Below the pieces are notes generated by a model, which searched no databases, was not told where the DNA came from, and worked only from the letters and a program-made list of their open reading frames with translations. The position numbers and the translations under genes were made by a program. A DNA stretch of 64,000 nucleotides from contig CM106585.1 of NCBI GenBank assembly GCA_048013815.1, forward strand, positions 15,500,001 to 15,564,000, in the 5' to 3' direction. This document shows positions 61,964 to 64,000 of the stretch, piece after piece. This DNA is from Setoptus koraiensis (taxonomy: Eukaryota; Animalia; Arthropoda). The stretch's first letter is position 1; every line of letters begins with the position of its first letter.

Positions 61964-62991
61964 CTTGTTGCGCTACGCAGTGTTGTAATAGACAAAAATT
62001 GTCCCAACTATATATTGCATTTGCAATAATTTGTGCTATCGAAATAATGATGTTGACTGATCTTGAAGTGGCAAATTGCAAATGGATAATGAACGGATAA
62101 TGACGACGATCTGTTTCATTCAAACTCTCTGCAAACTTTTTATCTCTGCAACGCCTGGCACGCGAACCCGATCTTTGCCACAGGTGAGATAGGATGCGGA
62201 CAGGCGAGGGCGCCCGCCATTCGTTCACAACACAAAGTGTTTGCTCGTCGATGACAGATTGTCGTCGCGAATGCGACAACAACGCCCGACAATCACAGAA
62301 CGAGCCTCACTGTGTTGCCCCAACGTACTCGTTGGTGTCGGATGTGTCGAAAGAGGCAAGCTTGTTCGGATCAGATAGGCCAAAAAGATATTCTAACAAC
62401 ACGAAAATTCATTGTCAAGTGTACGATGAGAGCAGACACTTTTTCAGCGCAGTTTATGAAACATCCGCAGCAAAAATACAAATCCCGGCAACAACACATT
62501 ATCATACATTGGCGACATTATATCAGCAGATATTTCCAACAGCGTTGCGATAATTATTTGCCAATAACTGACACTACACGATTCGTTATCTTCGCGACAC
62601 AATTTTGCAATCGTTGAGCTACGTAACCGTTTGTTATCGTTGCTGTGACACACAGGTGACGCTAGTCGCCGTGGGCCTTGTATCACTGATACCACTGACA
62701 ATCAATCGAAATTGGTCTCTTCCAGTCCATGGGCAAGGCCACAACCAGCAGCAACATGTGTTACGTCAATATTACGTTATTCAAGTGCATCAATTAGGGA
62801 ATAAGTTTATCTATTTGTCTGGCCATTCCACTTGCTAATTGTTGATTCCGTTATGGACAGTCTGCATTCCAAACTCTGGAAGTTAGATCGGATTTATTGA
62901 AAATTAAAATTAAATCACTTCTAGTCCAGTTATGAGTGCGGATTCACAGATGACGGGCGATGATTTCCATTGCAAGCATTGGCCGCTTGGT

Positions 62992-64000
62992 TTACATTGC
63001 AACGGCACCAGGTGAGCAATGTCCAGTAATATCCTTTTCGCATTCAGCGCCCAATCGTGTGTCAGCCAGCCCTTCCTGTTCGGAGCGTCCGCTGTTTGGG
63101 GTCCGTCGTTTCGCCTCGATGGGCTCCGCTTTGACCACCAGCGTAAACACTAGACCGCCAACAAAACTGCAACCTGCCACCAGGCGCAACAACACGTTCC
63201 AACGGGCGTTGTCGTTACCCCGATCGCCCAATATCTGGCCCGTCACCAGAGCCATCACCAGACCGGATATTCCGCAAGCGCTATGCGCTATGCCCACTAT
63301 GGTAGCCGGATATTTCTCGCTCAGATCGTAGGGCAGCATGGTTTCGCCGCCGGCCCCGAACATCCAAAAGAACGAGATCAATTGCAGCAAAACGGCCACC
63401 AGGGTGATGTTGCAGTTGCTGTACGAGATCAACAGGTACACTATGGCCATGGAGAAGTTTGCTGCACCGGAAAAGATGTGAAGAGCCGAAGAGAATAGTA
63501 TAGCGAGAAAAGTATAGAGGACAATGTTATTTACTACTCAGTAATTAGTTTAGTGGAGCCGGAAATAAGCACGGAAAAGGGGCCAACAGCGAGCTACTTA
63601 CCCAGTCCCTGGAACACCTTTCGCGTGGTGGTTTTGGACCAGCCGAAGGCCTTGTTTCTGACCATGTTCTTGGCCAGTATTCCCACAAGCACTATGAAAA
63701 GAACCTGAATGGCGTACATGACCACGGTGATGGCACTTATCTGTTGGATTAGACACAAACATTGAATTAGCGTCGATCGATAAACTCAGAAAAAAGTCGA
63801 CGAGTGTTTCTCGGGAAAAGTTGTGGGATTATCGCGAAGATGTTCCACTCAATCCGGCATTTTGCGGTTTGAATTGGTACTCACTGTTTCCACGGGCGCA
63901 TGGAAGGGTTTCTTCAGGTAGCTGGCAAGTTCAATTGAGGCGAAATCTAGACACAGCTGATAGGTGAATTTGACCAAAATCAACGACAACACCGAAGGCG
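62992..64000 (-). CDS. SLC17 family transporter, tandem copy B (3' part; 5' end beyond the right edge); exons >64000-63885, 63740-63602, 63461-62992
   Basis: Same exon sizes and phases as copy A (139-nt penultimate exon); the last exon is near-identical up to PIEAKR. Confidence 0.9.

Noticed and set aside
62000-62900. ORFs between the two SLC17 copies
   Set aside because: Overlapping, short, without motifs; most likely promoter of copy A and 3' UTR of copy B.

Overview
Eukaryotic nuclear DNA from an intron-poor, microsatellite-rich arthropod, most plausibly a mite (inferred from gene content, short introns and cuticle-type proteins). No prokaryotic operons, CRISPR arrays, rRNA or tRNA genes were found. 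In order, the window holds: a secreted mucin-like gene running off the left edge; two or three decayed tandem gene copies; a miRNA-class Argonaute with one intron; a composite repeat structure at 8.9-11.5 kb (diverged long inverted arms, a run of perfect hairpins, a 19-copy ATTGCAC array and a dead DD36E Tc1-type transposase); a stomatin/MEC-2 gene with three frame-compatible N-terminal exons; His/Pro/Val-rich cuticle-type genes; PSMD7/Rpn8 with a GC-AG intron; a small Cys-rich membrane ORF ending 6 nt from the stop of a shortened SMARCC/moira; a shortened DLG5-like gene; a roughly 1100-aa low-complexity secreted or membrane protein; and two tandem SLC17 transporters. Exon boundaries were read by hand from splice consensus and frame continuity, and protein identities come from recognised motifs, not database searches.
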